In this document: positions 49,826 to 60,263 of the stretch, piece by piece
Layout of the letters: the number at the start of each line of letters is the position of its first letter
Position numbering within the stretch: position 1 is the first letter of the stretch
IMG/VR virus record: IMGVR_UViG_3300032288_003533
Coordinates: 12,233 to 76,232 of that record
Length of the DNA: 64,000 nucleotides
DNA from: a virus
Strand: one strand, 5' to 3'
The notes under the pieces: model-generated
Seen by the model: only the letters and a program-made list of their open reading frames with translations
Databases searched by the model: none
What the model was told of the DNA's origin: nothing
Position numbers and translations under genes: made by a program

Positions 49826-50598
49826 TCCATATTTAGATGATTTTTTCCTTTATTTAACCAATATTCTTGTAAGTATAATCTACTATATTTCCAACTATCT
49901 AGTGATAGTAATGGATTTAATGTACTCCCAATTTCTAAATAAGTGTTATTATTTGAAGTTTTATGCAATTCATGTATTAGTAAATTACTAAAACTAGCAG
50001 CAGATACTAAAAATAATTTATTTGTTATATTATAATCTATAATATATTTTTTAATAATATCAATTAAATAATAATCATTAATAAATGAATTTTTACCTAC
50101 TCTAAAATCCTTTTCTACTAAAAAAGGTAAATTTTTAAAATCAGCATTTTCATTAACAACAAAAATAATTTCTTTTTTTTCAAAAATTGGCACTATTTCT
50201 TTCATATATCTTTCATAATTGCCATTTATTAGTAGATTTGCCCAAGTTAAAGTTTCTGAATCTCCCCCAGCCAAATCAATCATCCATTTAAACACACTAT
50301 AATCAACATCAGGTCTAGTACAAATTCCCCTATAAAAGTTAGGTAAATTACAAGCCAATGATTCTTCTAGTTTTTTTCTAAAAAATTCATGTTTTCCTGG
50401 AATAAATTGTTTGTGTTCTTCATTAGTGTAAATACCATAACCTTTTTCTTTGTCAATTATATAGTGATTATCATTTAATTCTAAATGTTTATTTTGTAAT
50501 ACAAATAATTCACCATCAGAAAATCTGGTAAATGAAAAATTAATATTATTTTCCAAATTAAATTTTAATTTATCAAAGTCACCACTAAATGTTTTCAT
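49810..50598 (-). CDS. GT-D-fold-like (DUF1792-like) glycosyltransferase
   Basis: FSFTRFSDGEL and LEIGS motifs. Confidence 0.6.
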   Translation of the reverse strand: MKTFSGDFDKLKFNLENNINFSFTRFSDGELFVLQNKHLELNDNHYIIDKEKGYGIYTNEEHKQFIPGKHEFFRKKLEESLACNLPNFYRGICTRPDVDYSVFKWMIDLAGGDSETLTWANLLINGNYERYMKEIVPIFEKKEIIFVVNENADFKNLPFLVEKDFRVGKNSFINDYYLIDIIKKYIIDYNITNKLFLVSAASFSNLLIHELHKTSNNNTYLEIGSTLNPLLSLDSWKYSRLYLQEYWLNKGKNHLNMECLWN

Positions 50599-51341
50599 AA
50601 TACTTTTTTTCTTTTAACTATAAAACTTTTATACTCTTCAATATGCTTTTCTTCACTATACAAATAATACATCCCAAGATTGTGTTTTTTATTAAATTCA
50701 CTAAGTCTTTCTTTTCTAATTTTTTGTTTATATAAAAAATCATTTAGACCTAAATATTTATAATGTAGCATTTTTAAGTTATTATCAACACAATATTTAA
50801 CATCCCCAATTGGATTTGCAATATGGCAACCAAAACTATAATTTATATCAGATATTTTATTTGGGTTAAACATCATTAGTTTGTCATTGCTACTTCCAAT
50901 TATGCCATATTGAACTTTTTCTATTAGATTATCATTATCATCCAAGATTAAATCTTCATCACCTATCATATGATAACCTTCTGGTTTGAATATAGTATAA
51001 CCTTTTTCTTTTGAATCATTAAGAAACTCATACATATTTGGGTGGTATAAAAATTCATCTGCATCCCCAATTATAACAAAATCACATTTGCCAATACTAT
51101 CCCTCCACAAATTGTTTTTCATCCTAAGGTATAAATCATCTCTAACTTCATTTTTAGAATCCCAACTAACAATTGATGTATTGGGAAATGAATTAATTAT
51201 TTCAATGCTTCTATCATTTGATTTATTATCCAAAAATATAATTTTATCACAAAATTTTGAATAGTACTTTATCAAATGTGGTAATATGTATTCTTCATTA
51301 TAACATAAAAAATACGCATGTACTATTGGTTTATTTTCCAT
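50595..51341 (-). CDS. GT2-like glycosyltransferase
   Basis: YNEE, DNKSNDRS, DADEF, LHYKY. Confidence 0.8.
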   Translation of the reverse strand: MENKPIVHAYFLCYNEEYILPHLIKYYSKFCDKIIFLDNKSNDRSIEIINSFPNTSIVSWDSKNEVRDDLYLRMKNNLWRDSIGKCDFVIIGDADEFLYHPNMYEFLNDSKEKGYTIFKPEGYHMIGDEDLILDDNDNLIEKVQYGIIGSSNDKLMMFNPNKISDINYSFGCHIANPIGDVKYCVDNNLKMLHYKYLGLNDFLYKQKIRKERLSEFNKKHNLGMYYLYSEEKHIEEYKSFIVKRKKVL

Positions 51342-52059
51342 TTTTTAATAATTTGAATCCTTTATCCAAATAACCCATAAAAGCATTATTCATTGTTGAC
51401 ATATTTTGCATATTTTTTGATATTGCAACCCCATCTGATCCTATTGTCCAAGCAGAATCTGGTTTGCTGCCCCACATTTCCCTATCATCCATCGGGTGAG
51501 GTGGAACGTATGTTTTTTTATTTGTGTATTTTTGTAGAGTATATGAAAAATGCATATCTTCACCAACCAAAACACTATGATTAATATCTGGTAACTCTCT
51601 CCAAAAAGTTGCCAAATCTTCTCTTTTAAAGAACCAAGAATGCCCAACAATATCAACAACTTCTGTTTTTTCATTTGGTCTATCCCACCCAACTCTTACA
51701 TTCTGAACATAGTTTTTTTCATTCAAAAATTTAACACCAATTGTGCCTAATAATCCATCATATTCTTGTATTGTATTATAACAATTTTCAAGCCATTTTG
51801 AACCTGGTATTGTATCATCATCAAATACACAAACATATTCAGTACGAGCATTTAATGCATAAGCAAACCTTGCCCAAACACCAAAATTTTTATTACAATT
51901 TGCATGAGTTGTTTGTTTAACCAATTCATCATCAAACTCCTCTCCTTTATTTTGCCAAAATAATATTTCTTTTGGTCTTAATGTTTGACCTTTAATAGCC
52001 TTTAGTTGTTCTGCAAAGTGTTTAGATCTTTTATACCCATTAAGAATTACTGTCACCAT
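51331..52059 (-). CDS. GT2-like glycosyltransferase
   Basis: VCVFDDD, GEDMHFS. Confidence 0.75.
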   Translation of the reverse strand: MVTVILNGYKRSKHFAEQLKAIKGQTLRPKEILFWQNKGEEFDDELVKQTTHANCNKNFGVWARFAYALNARTEYVCVFDDDTIPGSKWLENCYNTIQEYDGLLGTIGVKFLNEKNYVQNVRVGWDRPNEKTEVVDIVGHSWFFKREDLATFWRELPDINHSVLVGEDMHFSYTLQKYTNKKTYVPPHPMDDREMWGSKPDSAWTIGSDGVAISKNMQNMSTMNNAFMGYLDKGFKLLKNGK

Positions 52060-53047
52060 CTCTCAATATTTTTATTATCTTTTCTGATGATTTACCATCA
52101 CCATATGGGCATTTATTTGTTATAACAAAATTGTTATCTGCTATGTTATCCACATAATAACTTAATTTATCTGGATTATTACATAAATGCAAATGCCCTG
52201 TCTTTATACCTTCAGGTCTTTCTGTGGTCTTTCTACACACAATACTAATTTTATTTAAGAATGTTGCTTCCTCTTGAATACCCCCACTATCAGTTATAAC
52301 AAATCTACAATTAACTAATACATTTATTAAATCATTATGAGACAATGGATTGGCCACCTCAATATTATCTGATAAAATATCCCTATATTTTAAAACATTT
52401 GGATTTGGATGAATAGGTAATATAAATTTTAAATTAGGGTGTTTTTCTGCAACAATATTTATATTCTTGAACCATAAATCCATAATACTATGATTCTCCC
52501 TTCTATGTAATGTTACCAATACTTTATTTCCATATATCACATCTTTCTTATAGTTAAGAAGATTATCCAATACTGTATTTCCAACAATATATGATTTCCC
52601 AAAAACATTTTCAGATATTAAATTATTATAAGATAACTCTGTTGGGCAAAAATTAATATCAGCAATTCTTGATATCATTTGCCTATATGATTCTTCTGGA
52701 TAAGGATTATCATTATCATATGTTCTTAACCCAGCTTCCAAATGTATGATTTTAATTTTATTATGAAAAGAGGATAAAGCACAACCAAATGCTGATGCTG
52801 TATCCCCTTGTACCAAAACATAATCATAATCTAACTTTGGCATTGATAATAAGCAAGAACTAACAACATTACTTAACCTATTACCATTTCCTAAAATATT
52901 AATTTTATGATGAAAATCAATTTCAGATAATAAATCAATGTGTTGCCCTGTAAATAATAAATCAAATTCACTCTTATCTAATAAATTAATTATAGGCTTT
53001 ATTTTCAACCATTCAGGTCTAGTTCCAACACATATCAATATCTTCAT
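52040..53047 (-). CDS. wecB: UDP-N-acetylglucosamine 2-epimerase
   Basis: GTRPE, TGQH, VQGDT, HLEAGLRT, TLHRREN, TDSGGIQEEA, PYGDG. Confidence 0.93.
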   Translation of the reverse strand: MKILICVGTRPEWLKIKPIINLLDKSEFDLLFTGQHIDLLSEIDFHHKINILGNGNRLSNVVSSCLLSMPKLDYDYVLVQGDTASAFGCALSSFHNKIKIIHLEAGLRTYDNDNPYPEESYRQMISRIADINFCPTELSYNNLISENVFGKSYIVGNTVLDNLLNYKKDVIYGNKVLVTLHRRENHSIMDLWFKNINIVAEKHPNLKFILPIHPNPNVLKYRDILSDNIEVANPLSHNDLINVLVNCRFVITDSGGIQEEATFLNKISIVCRKTTERPEGIKTGHLHLCNNPDKLSYYVDNIADNNFVITNKCPYGDGKSSEKIIKILRDGDSNS

Positions 53048-54681
53048 TATATTATTTTAACATATTCATCTTTTATTTTTTTTGCAACAGTTGAACCAAA
53101 AAATTTATTCTCTAATTCACTTTGGCTTGGGGGTAAATGAAACTCTTTACTCAATATATCTCCACTATCATTAACCTCATAAATCCAACCACCTTTTCCA
53201 CACATCCAACCTTCAATTGTTGTCCGACCTAACATTATACCAGCTGTTTCAACACATTTTTTTGTATATTTTTCAATATTCCAAGTTGAGTTAAAGTGTT
53301 TAACATGAGATTCATTTAATAGTTCAGATAAATAATTTGATGAAATATCCCCAACCAACCAAAGTTCAAGATTTTTTTCTTTGGTATATAAAACTAAATC
53401 TCTTATTGTTTTCTCCCTTAAATAATCAATTGTGCCAACAAATAAAACATAATTTTCATTTAATGTTTTAATTGTATTAAATCTATTTTCATCAATTGGA
53501 TTATTGATAATTGATACTTCTTCTTTTGGTATATCAATAGTTTTATTTATATACTCTGCAATACTTTCTCTAATGGCAATATATTTTTTTATGGATGGAT
53601 GTAATATTGGTTCTTCTAAAGAAATAACTTCTGAGTGTACAGTATATAGTTTTGGTATATCAGGATATAACTGACATATTCTTTCAGCAATTGGTTTATG
53701 CTGGATATGGATTACATCATAATTAACTGGTGCAACAGCATATAATTTATTCTCTTCACTAACCTTAAATCCTTCTTGGGTGTTAAACCCCCAAACACCA
53801 TCCCCAATTTTAAAGCCTGGGGGCTCATTTATATGAAAAACTTTAACTCCAAGATTTGCAGCCATTTTAGCTAATGGTCCATTTATATCTGCAACAACAG
53901 TAACATTACAGTTTTGATTTAATAAGTTTCTTGCTAATTCATATACATATAATTCTGATCCTGTAAAATTTTTAAAATATAAACAAGATATTAAAACATT
54001 TAATTTTCTTTTACCATTATGAGGTAATTTAACTGGTAAATTATCTGCATATTTTTTAGCAAATTTAATTTTATTTTCTTCCCATTTATCATTAGTTTGA
54101 CCTATTGATAAGTGAGTTATCTTTATATTATAAATAACACCAATCTCAACTCCTTTAATATAATTTTCAAAACAAAAAGATATATCATAGAAATGGAAAC
54201 CATCAAACTCTTCAATAAAATTGCTTTTAATTCTATCTTTATGAATTGCAATAAATAAACCATCAACAATTACAACCTTTTCTGCCTCATTACCTAATGA
54301 AGTTGAATATTTAGATTCCCATTTTTTACCCTCATGTTTATGGTTAACAATACCAAGCATTTTATTTCTTTCTTCCCACCACATACCAGATGATGGCATA
54401 CTAGTTGTGCCAGCAACACCTAATATACCAAAATTAGTTTTATCAAAATGCTTTATTAATTTATTACCCCAACCTTTGTCATCAAATAGGATGTCATCAT
54501 GGCAAAGAACAACAATGTCATTCTTTGCTTGGTTCAATATCTCATTATAAACTTTGGTCAATGATTTCTCCCCATCATTGACAACTTGAATAATTTCAAC
54601 ATTTTTTGGACCTACTGTTTTTCTAATTTGGTCAATAAATGTTGGATTGCTATTTCTTGTTGAAAAACCAACTGTTATCAT
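53047..54681 (-). CDS. GT-A plus GT-B double glycosyltransferase fusion
   Basis: LCHDD and FHFYD in the N-half; TGSELY and GRTTIEG in the C-half. Confidence 0.75.
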   Translation of the reverse strand: MITVGFSTRNSNPTFIDQIRKTVGPKNVEIIQVVNDGEKSLTKVYNEILNQAKNDIVVLCHDDILFDDKGWGNKLIKHFDKTNFGILGVAGTTSMPSSGMWWEERNKMLGIVNHKHEGKKWESKYSTSLGNEAEKVVIVDGLFIAIHKDRIKSNFIEEFDGFHFYDISFCFENYIKGVEIGVIYNIKITHLSIGQTNDKWEENKIKFAKKYADNLPVKLPHNGKRKLNVLISCLYFKNFTGSELYVYELARNLLNQNCNVTVVADINGPLAKMAANLGVKVFHINEPPGFKIGDGVWGFNTQEGFKVSEENKLYAVAPVNYDVIHIQHKPIAERICQLYPDIPKLYTVHSEVISLEEPILHPSIKKYIAIRESIAEYINKTIDIPKEEVSIINNPIDENRFNTIKTLNENYVLFVGTIDYLREKTIRDLVLYTKEKNLELWLVGDISSNYLSELLNESHVKHFNSTWNIEKYTKKCVETAGIMLGRTTIEGWMCGKGGWIYEVNDSGDILSKEFHLPPSQSELENKFFGSTVAKKIKDEYVKII

Positions 54682-55286
54682 AACTGTATCCCTGTTGACC
54701 CAAAACCATTATCCCCCCTATCAGTTTGGGGTAATTCATCAATATTTTCAATATTCACATATTTACCTTGTATTACTGGACATAAAACTGCTTGTGCAAT
54801 TTTTGTACCCTTCTTAATATTGAATTCTTCTCTTGATGTATTAAATAGTATTACCTTAACTTCTCCAACATACCCCCCATCAATAGTGGATGGTGTATTT
54901 AGTACAGTAATGCCATAATTGATTGCTAATCCACTTTTTGGTCTAATCTGTATTTCATGTCCATCTGGTATATTAAAAGCAAGTCCTGTGCTTACCATTA
55001 GCCTAGATAGGGGTTTTAATACAACTTCCTCTACTGAACATAAATCAAATCCAGAATCCTTTTCATAATTATAGAATGGTTCAATTGCATCTGGATGGAC
55101 TTTTTTAAATCCAAGTGTTTTTGTCTTCATTGCATCTTCAAATAATGTACCATATTCTTCTGGGGAAATACCAAACATTTCCAAAAGCCCACTAATATCA
55201 TCATCATCACCTTGTTCATTCATAAGATTTCCCAATCTTTCAATTTCCTCTTCTGATAAACCATCTAAATTGTTTCCTAAACTCAT
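54678..55286 (-). CDS. dut: dUTPase with acidic N-terminal extension
   Basis: SGFDL, RPKSGLA, TIDGGYVGE, IAQ, RGDNGFGSTG. Confidence 0.93.
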   Translation of the reverse strand: MSLGNNLDGLSEEEIERLGNLMNEQGDDDDISGLLEMFGISPEEYGTLFEDAMKTKTLGFKKVHPDAIEPFYNYEKDSGFDLCSVEEVVLKPLSRLMVSTGLAFNIPDGHEIQIRPKSGLAINYGITVLNTPSTIDGGYVGEVKVILFNTSREEFNIKKGTKIAQAVLCPVIQGKYVNIENIDELPQTDRGDNGFGSTGIQL

Positions 55287-55289
55287 TTT

Positions 55290-55679
55290 TTAATTTTTTT
55301 TATTATTTAATATTTTAGTTGTACTAATATTAGGTGTTTTTTCAAAGAAAACAACTTTTTTAACAAATTCTTGACCAATTATTTCTTTGTCTTTATAATC
55401 ATCACCAATAATCATTATATCGGGTTGATAGTATGCCAAAATTGATTTTAATTCAGCATCAGAATCAAAAGAAGTTACTTCATCAACATATTTTAAAGAG
55501 GACATTATTTTAAATCTTGTGTCCAAAGAATTAAAGGGTCTATCATTACCCTTTAATTCTTTAACTCTCATATCACTATCAAGTCCAACAAATACATATC
55601 CAAAACTTTTTGCATATTCTAATAAATGAATATGACCAATATGTAGAATATCAAAGCAACCATTTACCCAGACTTTCAT
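55290..55679 (-). CDS. RfaE/HldE-like cytidylyl/adenylyltransferase
   Basis: NGCFDILHIGH, GLDSD..KG.DRP, STT. Confidence 0.88.
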   Translation of the reverse strand: MKVWVNGCFDILHIGHIHLLEYAKSFGYVFVGLDSDMRVKELKGNDRPFNSLDTRFKIMSSLKYVDEVTSFDSDAELKSILAYYQPDIMIIGDDYKDKEIIGQEFVKKVVFFEKTPNISTTKILNNKKN

Positions 55680-55682
55680 AAT

Positions 55683-56384
55683 TTATTTTAATGTTAAGAG
55701 TTTTTTAATTACATCAATTAGCACTTCAACATCTCTCTCACAATATTTTGTAATACCTTCAATATTATTATCATTCCAATAGGCATCATGTACCTTATTC
55801 CCAGTAACATCCATATTTTTTGATGATTCAATACCAAGACTAACACACATTAATTCTAATGATGCAATTGAACCAAATTGACCATATTGCCAAATATCTT
55901 TTGTATCAATTGCTTTAATCTCCCAAGGTTTTGTGTCATAACTTGGTAAAATCTTTGGTGGCATTAAACCATTAATCATCATTCTCTTTGCTAATACTGG
56001 AATATCAAATCCCTTAACATTATGTCCACAAAGAAAATAATTAAGAGAACCAACTTTCTGTAAAACCTTTTGAGTTTTTTGAAGTATATCCAACTCATCA
56101 GTTCCAGAAAATGATTGCATTTTAATTGTCCCATCTTCATTAACAAATGCTAATGAAACACAAGCAATTTTTAAGAATTCAGCAACAAGTGCTGAACGAT
56201 TATGGAACATTGAATCAAACCCATCAGCACCATCTTCTGGAAATCTTTTTTCAAACCAATCAAAATAGTTTTCAAATTGAAATGCCAATTCAGGTTTGTT
56301 GTTTTTTAAATCATTGAAATTGGCTTCACAACCAACAGTTTCAATATCAAGAAATAAAATTTTGTTTAAAGGTACATTTATCAT
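55683..56384 (-). CDS. DnaQ-fold 3'-5' exonuclease (PolB exo-like)
   Basis: LDIET, HNVKGFDIP, YCERDV. Confidence 0.85.
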   Translation of the reverse strand: MINVPLNKILFLDIETVGCEANFNDLKNNKPELAFQFENYFDWFEKRFPEDGADGFDSMFHNRSALVAEFLKIACVSLAFVNEDGTIKMQSFSGTDELDILQKTQKVLQKVGSLNYFLCGHNVKGFDIPVLAKRMMINGLMPPKILPSYDTKPWEIKAIDTKDIWQYGQFGSIASLELMCVSLGIESSKNMDVTGNKVHDAYWNDNNIEGITKYCERDVEVLIDVIKKLLTLK

Positions 56385-56391
56385 GTTGTAG

Positions 56392-57612
56392 TTATTTAAT
56401 TATTGACTTATAAAATTCTGCTCTATTCTTTGTTACTGTTTTTAATGAATAGGTGTCCTTAACTGTTTCATATAAATTCTCCCCAAGGTCTTTTGCTAAG
56501 TTAGGATTCTTCATTAACTTTTCAATATATTTTGCCCAATCAACCCCATTCCTATCCACATCAACAAGTAAAGCATTTCCCCCATTCACAAAATTACCTT
56601 TGTTTAAAGCATGTTTTAAATCAATGGTATATGGACCAAAGTTTGACGCTATTAATGCTTTTTTATAAAAACCAGCCTCAATTACTTTTAATTGTGACTT
56701 CATCTCATTGAAAATATGATTCTTTATTGGTGCCAAAGATATGTCAAATTTTGCATAATTTTTTGCATAACTTGTAACAGGTTTTGTCCAAACCCTTAAA
56801 TAAGGCTCATTATTTTCATTATCATAAGGTTCTTGTACAAATTTAAGCAAATATTTTTTATAATCCTCACTTATTGTAGAATATTTTTGTGTAAAAATTT
56901 CTTCATAACGTGCCCAAACAGTTTCTTCAGGTCTTATATTTCTTTTCTTATGTTCTTTTGTTTCAGAATTAATTTCAGTAACAGAACCTCTAGTATCAAA
57001 TCCACACAACACAAATTGTAATTTATTTGAATATTTCATTAATGAATTAAATGATTTATCTAATAACATTAAATCATAGAGATGTGAACTACCCCCAAGC
57101 CAACCAACCCTAACTCTATCAGATTCAATTGTTGGCTCTTTGAATTGTGGTGTGTCTGGGTTAATTGCATTTGGGAAAACAAAAACATTTTTATTATATT
57201 TCCTAATTAAATCAGCATATAATTTTGTTGTTGTTGTAACATATTTTGCAACTTTTAAATTTTCAATTATTTTTTCATTTATTTTATGTATTTTTATCAT
57301 CTCATGTATTGGATGTTCCTTTGTTGGTAGCCAATAATCATCAATATCACATATAGTTATGATACCCATATCATTCAATTTTTGAACTAACTTATGTGCT
57401 CTATCAAAATCTGGTCCAATACTTCTATGGTATGCAACAATTTGATAATCCTTCCAAAAGTTCATATCATCCATTGGGGGAGTATAATTTATGTCAACAT
57501 AAAAATCATTAGGAAATTCATTCTGTAAGAAAATGTGAGGATCAACTGACCTAAAAAGTCCAACTCCAGACTTGTCTGAAGGGATTACTAAAACTTTTAT
57601 TTGTTTACTCAT
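56392..57612 (-). CDS. GT-B/GT4-like glycosyltransferase
   Basis: DIDDYW, VGWLGGSSH, DISLAP..FNEMKSQLKVIEAG. Confidence 0.8.
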   Translation of the reverse strand: MSKQIKVLVIPSDKSGVGLFRSVDPHIFLQNEFPNDFYVDINYTPPMDDMNFWKDYQIVAYHRSIGPDFDRAHKLVQKLNDMGIITICDIDDYWLPTKEHPIHEMIKIHKINEKIIENLKVAKYVTTTTKLYADLIRKYNKNVFVFPNAINPDTPQFKEPTIESDRVRVGWLGGSSHLYDLMLLDKSFNSLMKYSNKLQFVLCGFDTRGSVTEINSETKEHKKRNIRPEETVWARYEEIFTQKYSTISEDYKKYLLKFVQEPYDNENNEPYLRVWTKPVTSYAKNYAKFDISLAPIKNHIFNEMKSQLKVIEAGFYKKALIASNFGPYTIDLKHALNKGNFVNGGNALLVDVDRNGVDWAKYIEKLMKNPNLAKDLGENLYETVKDTYSLKTVTKNRAEFYKSIIK

Positions 57613-57653
57613 TTTTATATTTTATACTCAATTATAATATATAAAAGTAAAAA

Positions 57654-57688
57654 AAAAAGCAATATACATAAATTGCATATTGCTTTTT
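57654..57688. terminator. Hairpin terminator
   Basis: AAAAAGCAATAT...ATATTGCTTTTT. Confidence 0.65.
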
Positions 57689-57709
57689 ACAAACAAAATA
57701 ATTTGGTAA

Positions 57710-58282
57710 TTAACCTTTAACTTTTTTAATCTTTTGTATTTTACCCTCAAAAATATGAGATCCAACTCTAAATTGAAAGAATTCATCTGACTTTTCAGTA
57801 CTCTCTGTTAATAATCCCATTTCTTTAATGGTTGATTTAACTGTTTCTTTTACAATTTTTTTAATATATTCAGCATCTATTGGTGTGTTTGATACTTGTT
57901 TTTGTTCTATTATATTTTGTTTTGGTTTATTCCCCATTAATTTTGATGCTTTTTCAACCATTTCATTTGTTAAAATACTTCTACCAATAGGCTGTTGAAC
58001 TTGTGCAATTGGATGTTCTAACATAATTTTTTTAATCTCATCTGGCAATCTTGATTTCTTTATTGCATCTTCAGATGGTGTTTCAATATTTTTTATTGGC
58101 ATAATAGGTGCTGTCATTTCATTTTCAGATAGAATATCATCACCTATATTATATATTGCATTTGGTACTGAAAAATCAACACTATCATCCATTGGCATTG
58201 AGTTGCCACTTCTTGGTAGTTTGTTGTGAACATCCATTATTGCTTTGGATTTCACCAATTTTTGCATTAAATCATTATCCAT
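57710..58282 (-). CDS. Hypothetical protein
   Basis: 190-aa ORF. Confidence 0.6.
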   Translation of the reverse strand: MDNDLMQKLVKSKAIMDVHNKLPRSGNSMPMDDSVDFSVPNAIYNIGDDILSENEMTAPIMPIKNIETPSEDAIKKSRLPDEIKKIMLEHPIAQVQQPIGRSILTNEMVEKASKLMGNKPKQNIIEQKQVSNTPIDAEYIKKIVKETVKSTIKEMGLLTESTEKSDEFFQFRVGSHIFEGKIQKIKKVKG

Positions 58283-58315
58283 ATTGTCTTACTATTTTTC
58301 TTTTTATATTTTAAA

Positions 58316-58711
58316 TTATTCTTCATCAAACTGAGCCTTAACAATACATAACCCATTTTGAAATGTTTTATCACCATTAAAATTAAACCCTTCTCTTGGT
58401 GTTGTAAATACATCCCCACTTGGATTTAATGACATTATTTTATCCAATCTAAATATCCTCCAACCAGGTAGTATTTGTGTCCCCAAATAACCTGTATGTG
58501 AAGATCCTTCAATATCATATGCTCTAACTGCTTTATTTCCAGCTTTAGTTGTACCAAGACAAACTGGTTCAATTAGTCTTAATCCTTTACCCCCAGGCTC
58601 ATCACCATCATAGTAAATTACACAGACTTGTTTTCCCCTTATTGCAGAGGCAATTGATTCAATTGAAGCAATTTCTGTTAATAATGATTTTAATGTATTT
58701 GTTAATTTCAT
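58316..58711 (-). CDS. WYL-like domain protein
   Basis: RLIEPVCLG..VRAY..WRIFRLDKI. Confidence 0.65.
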   Translation of the reverse strand: MKLTNTLKSLLTEIASIESIASAIRGKQVCVIYYDGDEPGGKGLRLIEPVCLGTTKAGNKAVRAYDIEGSSHTGYLGTQILPGWRIFRLDKIMSLNPSGDVFTTPREGFNFNGDKTFQNGLCIVKAQFDEE

Positions 58712-59010
58712 TTGTTAAGAAAATCTGGATACTTATTTGTGGATTTCCATTTGTTTATTTTTATTTCATTTTTTCTTTCAAAAACATCTTCTTTTGTTCC
58801 AATTGTTGGGGTATAAGTATCAAGAAAAACTCCATTCCCTCTACCTTTGGAATCCCCATCACCAATTGCATTTGGGTTTGTTTGTGAGTATTCAAATGAA
58901 TCATTTTTATATTCATTTTTTGGCAATAGTTTTGCTCTTTGTTCTTCAGCAATTTTGCTTAGAGCATTTTCAATATTTTGACTTAAATCAATTGCAGTTT
59001 CTAATCCCAT
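58708..59010 (-). CDS. Hypothetical protein
   Basis: Coupled ORF. Confidence 0.55.
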   Translation of the reverse strand: MGLETAIDLSQNIENALSKIAEEQRAKLLPKNEYKNDSFEYSQTNPNAIGDGDSKGRGNGVFLDTYTPTIGTKEDVFERKNEIKINKWKSTNKYPDFLNK

Positions 59011-59014
59011 ATTT

Positions 59015-59485
59015 TTAATAATTTATTAATTTTTTTATTTTATTTATTTCTTCTGTTATTCTTGGTATTGATGAAGCATGCCTTTCTAATCTTTTTTTGT
59101 GAGTTTGTGATGGTCTAACATTGCTATCATCTTTATCATGGGTGGTAATAAACTGATTTGATTCCCCAGCATCAGCTCTATGTTTTTGTGGCATTTTAAT
59201 ATTTAACCTCATTTGGTTTAGTGTTTGTTCAATCCAATATTTCATTTTAAATCCACCATTTAAAATAAATTCAGCATCTTCATTGTTACCTCTATAACTA
59301 TCAAAATAATTTTTTATTCTTTTTAATTGTGAATATGATATTGTGTTTTTTTCTTGTAAATCTTTATTTCTTTTATACCCCTCACTATCTTTTGGTATAT
59401 CACCAATAGAATTCAAACACATTGCCAAATGTTGTTTCATTTCATAAGGAAATGGTATTTTTTGACTATATAATTTACTATTCAC
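59015..59485 (-). CDS. Hypothetical protein
   Basis: Coupled ORF. Confidence 0.6.
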   Translation of the reverse strand: MNSKLYSQKIPFPYEMKQHLAMCLNSIGDIPKDSEGYKRNKDLQEKNTISYSQLKRIKNYFDSYRGNNEDAEFILNGGFKMKYWIEQTLNQMRLNIKMPQKHRADAGESNQFITTHDKDDSNVRPSQTHKKRLERHASSIPRITEEINKIKKLINY

Positions 59486-60263
59486 TTTTTAGCATTTTTA
59501 TTAAATCATTTATACTTAAACCATTTTTTTCTGCTTGTGTTTTTAACAATTTTATATTTTTTTTGATTATTGGATTTGTTTCAGTATTTGATGATTGTAT
59601 ATCAGAATTTTCTTTTCTTTTTGAAATAACCAAATCTTCAACCATTTTATTAAATTCAGATAAAGTCATTTTATCAATGGATCCTTTCTTTTTATTTTTT
59701 ATACTTTTACCAGATGGGTCTTTTCCAAATTCTTTTGTCCTTTGTTTTGCCTCATCAGGTTCAACATCAAGTTTATCAACCAAATACTTATATGTTTTTT
59801 TTCCATCCATATTTTTTGTTTCCTCATAACCAAAAGCATTTGACATATCAATTTCTGCAATATCATCTTCAATGCTTTCACCATAATAAGTTCTATATCC
59901 CCTAGTTATTGGGTCATTTGTTTGCCTTGTTAGTGGGACAATTTGATCCAATGTTCTATGTGTGTGTTTAGGGTTATCTAATATGGGTATTTTAGATGTT
60001 AGCATTGACCCATCATCTGCAACCAATTCTTCAAGTTCTTTTTTTAATTTTTTTGTTTGTGGTTTTCTTTTACTTTTAACTAGTTTGTTTAAAAAGTTTT
60101 TAACTTTTTTAATATTTTTCTTATCAAAATTAATTACTTCATCATTATCTCTGGCTTCAGATAATGTGTTTTTTATTGAAAAATAAAGTGAATATTTATC
60201 CATTTTATCTTTAATAAAAAAATAATAAGGGGAGTTAAAATATTCTTCGTTAATATTTATCAT
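59478..60263 (-). CDS. Hypothetical protein (start reassigned to ATG at 60263)
   Basis: ATATTTATA motif at 60283-60275 sits just upstream. The longer listed ORF would overlap the divergent gene. Confidence 0.55.
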   Translation of the reverse strand: MININEEYFNSPYYFFIKDKMDKYSLYFSIKNTLSEARDNDEVINFDKKNIKKVKNFLNKLVKSKRKPQTKKLKKELEELVADDGSMLTSKIPILDNPKHTHRTLDQIVPLTRQTNDPITRGYRTYYGESIEDDIAEIDMSNAFGYEETKNMDGKKTYKYLVDKLDVEPDEAKQRTKEFGKDPSGKSIKNKKKGSIDKMTLSEFNKMVEDLVISKRKENSDIQSSNTETNPIIKKNIKLLKTQAEKNGLSINDLIKMLKSE

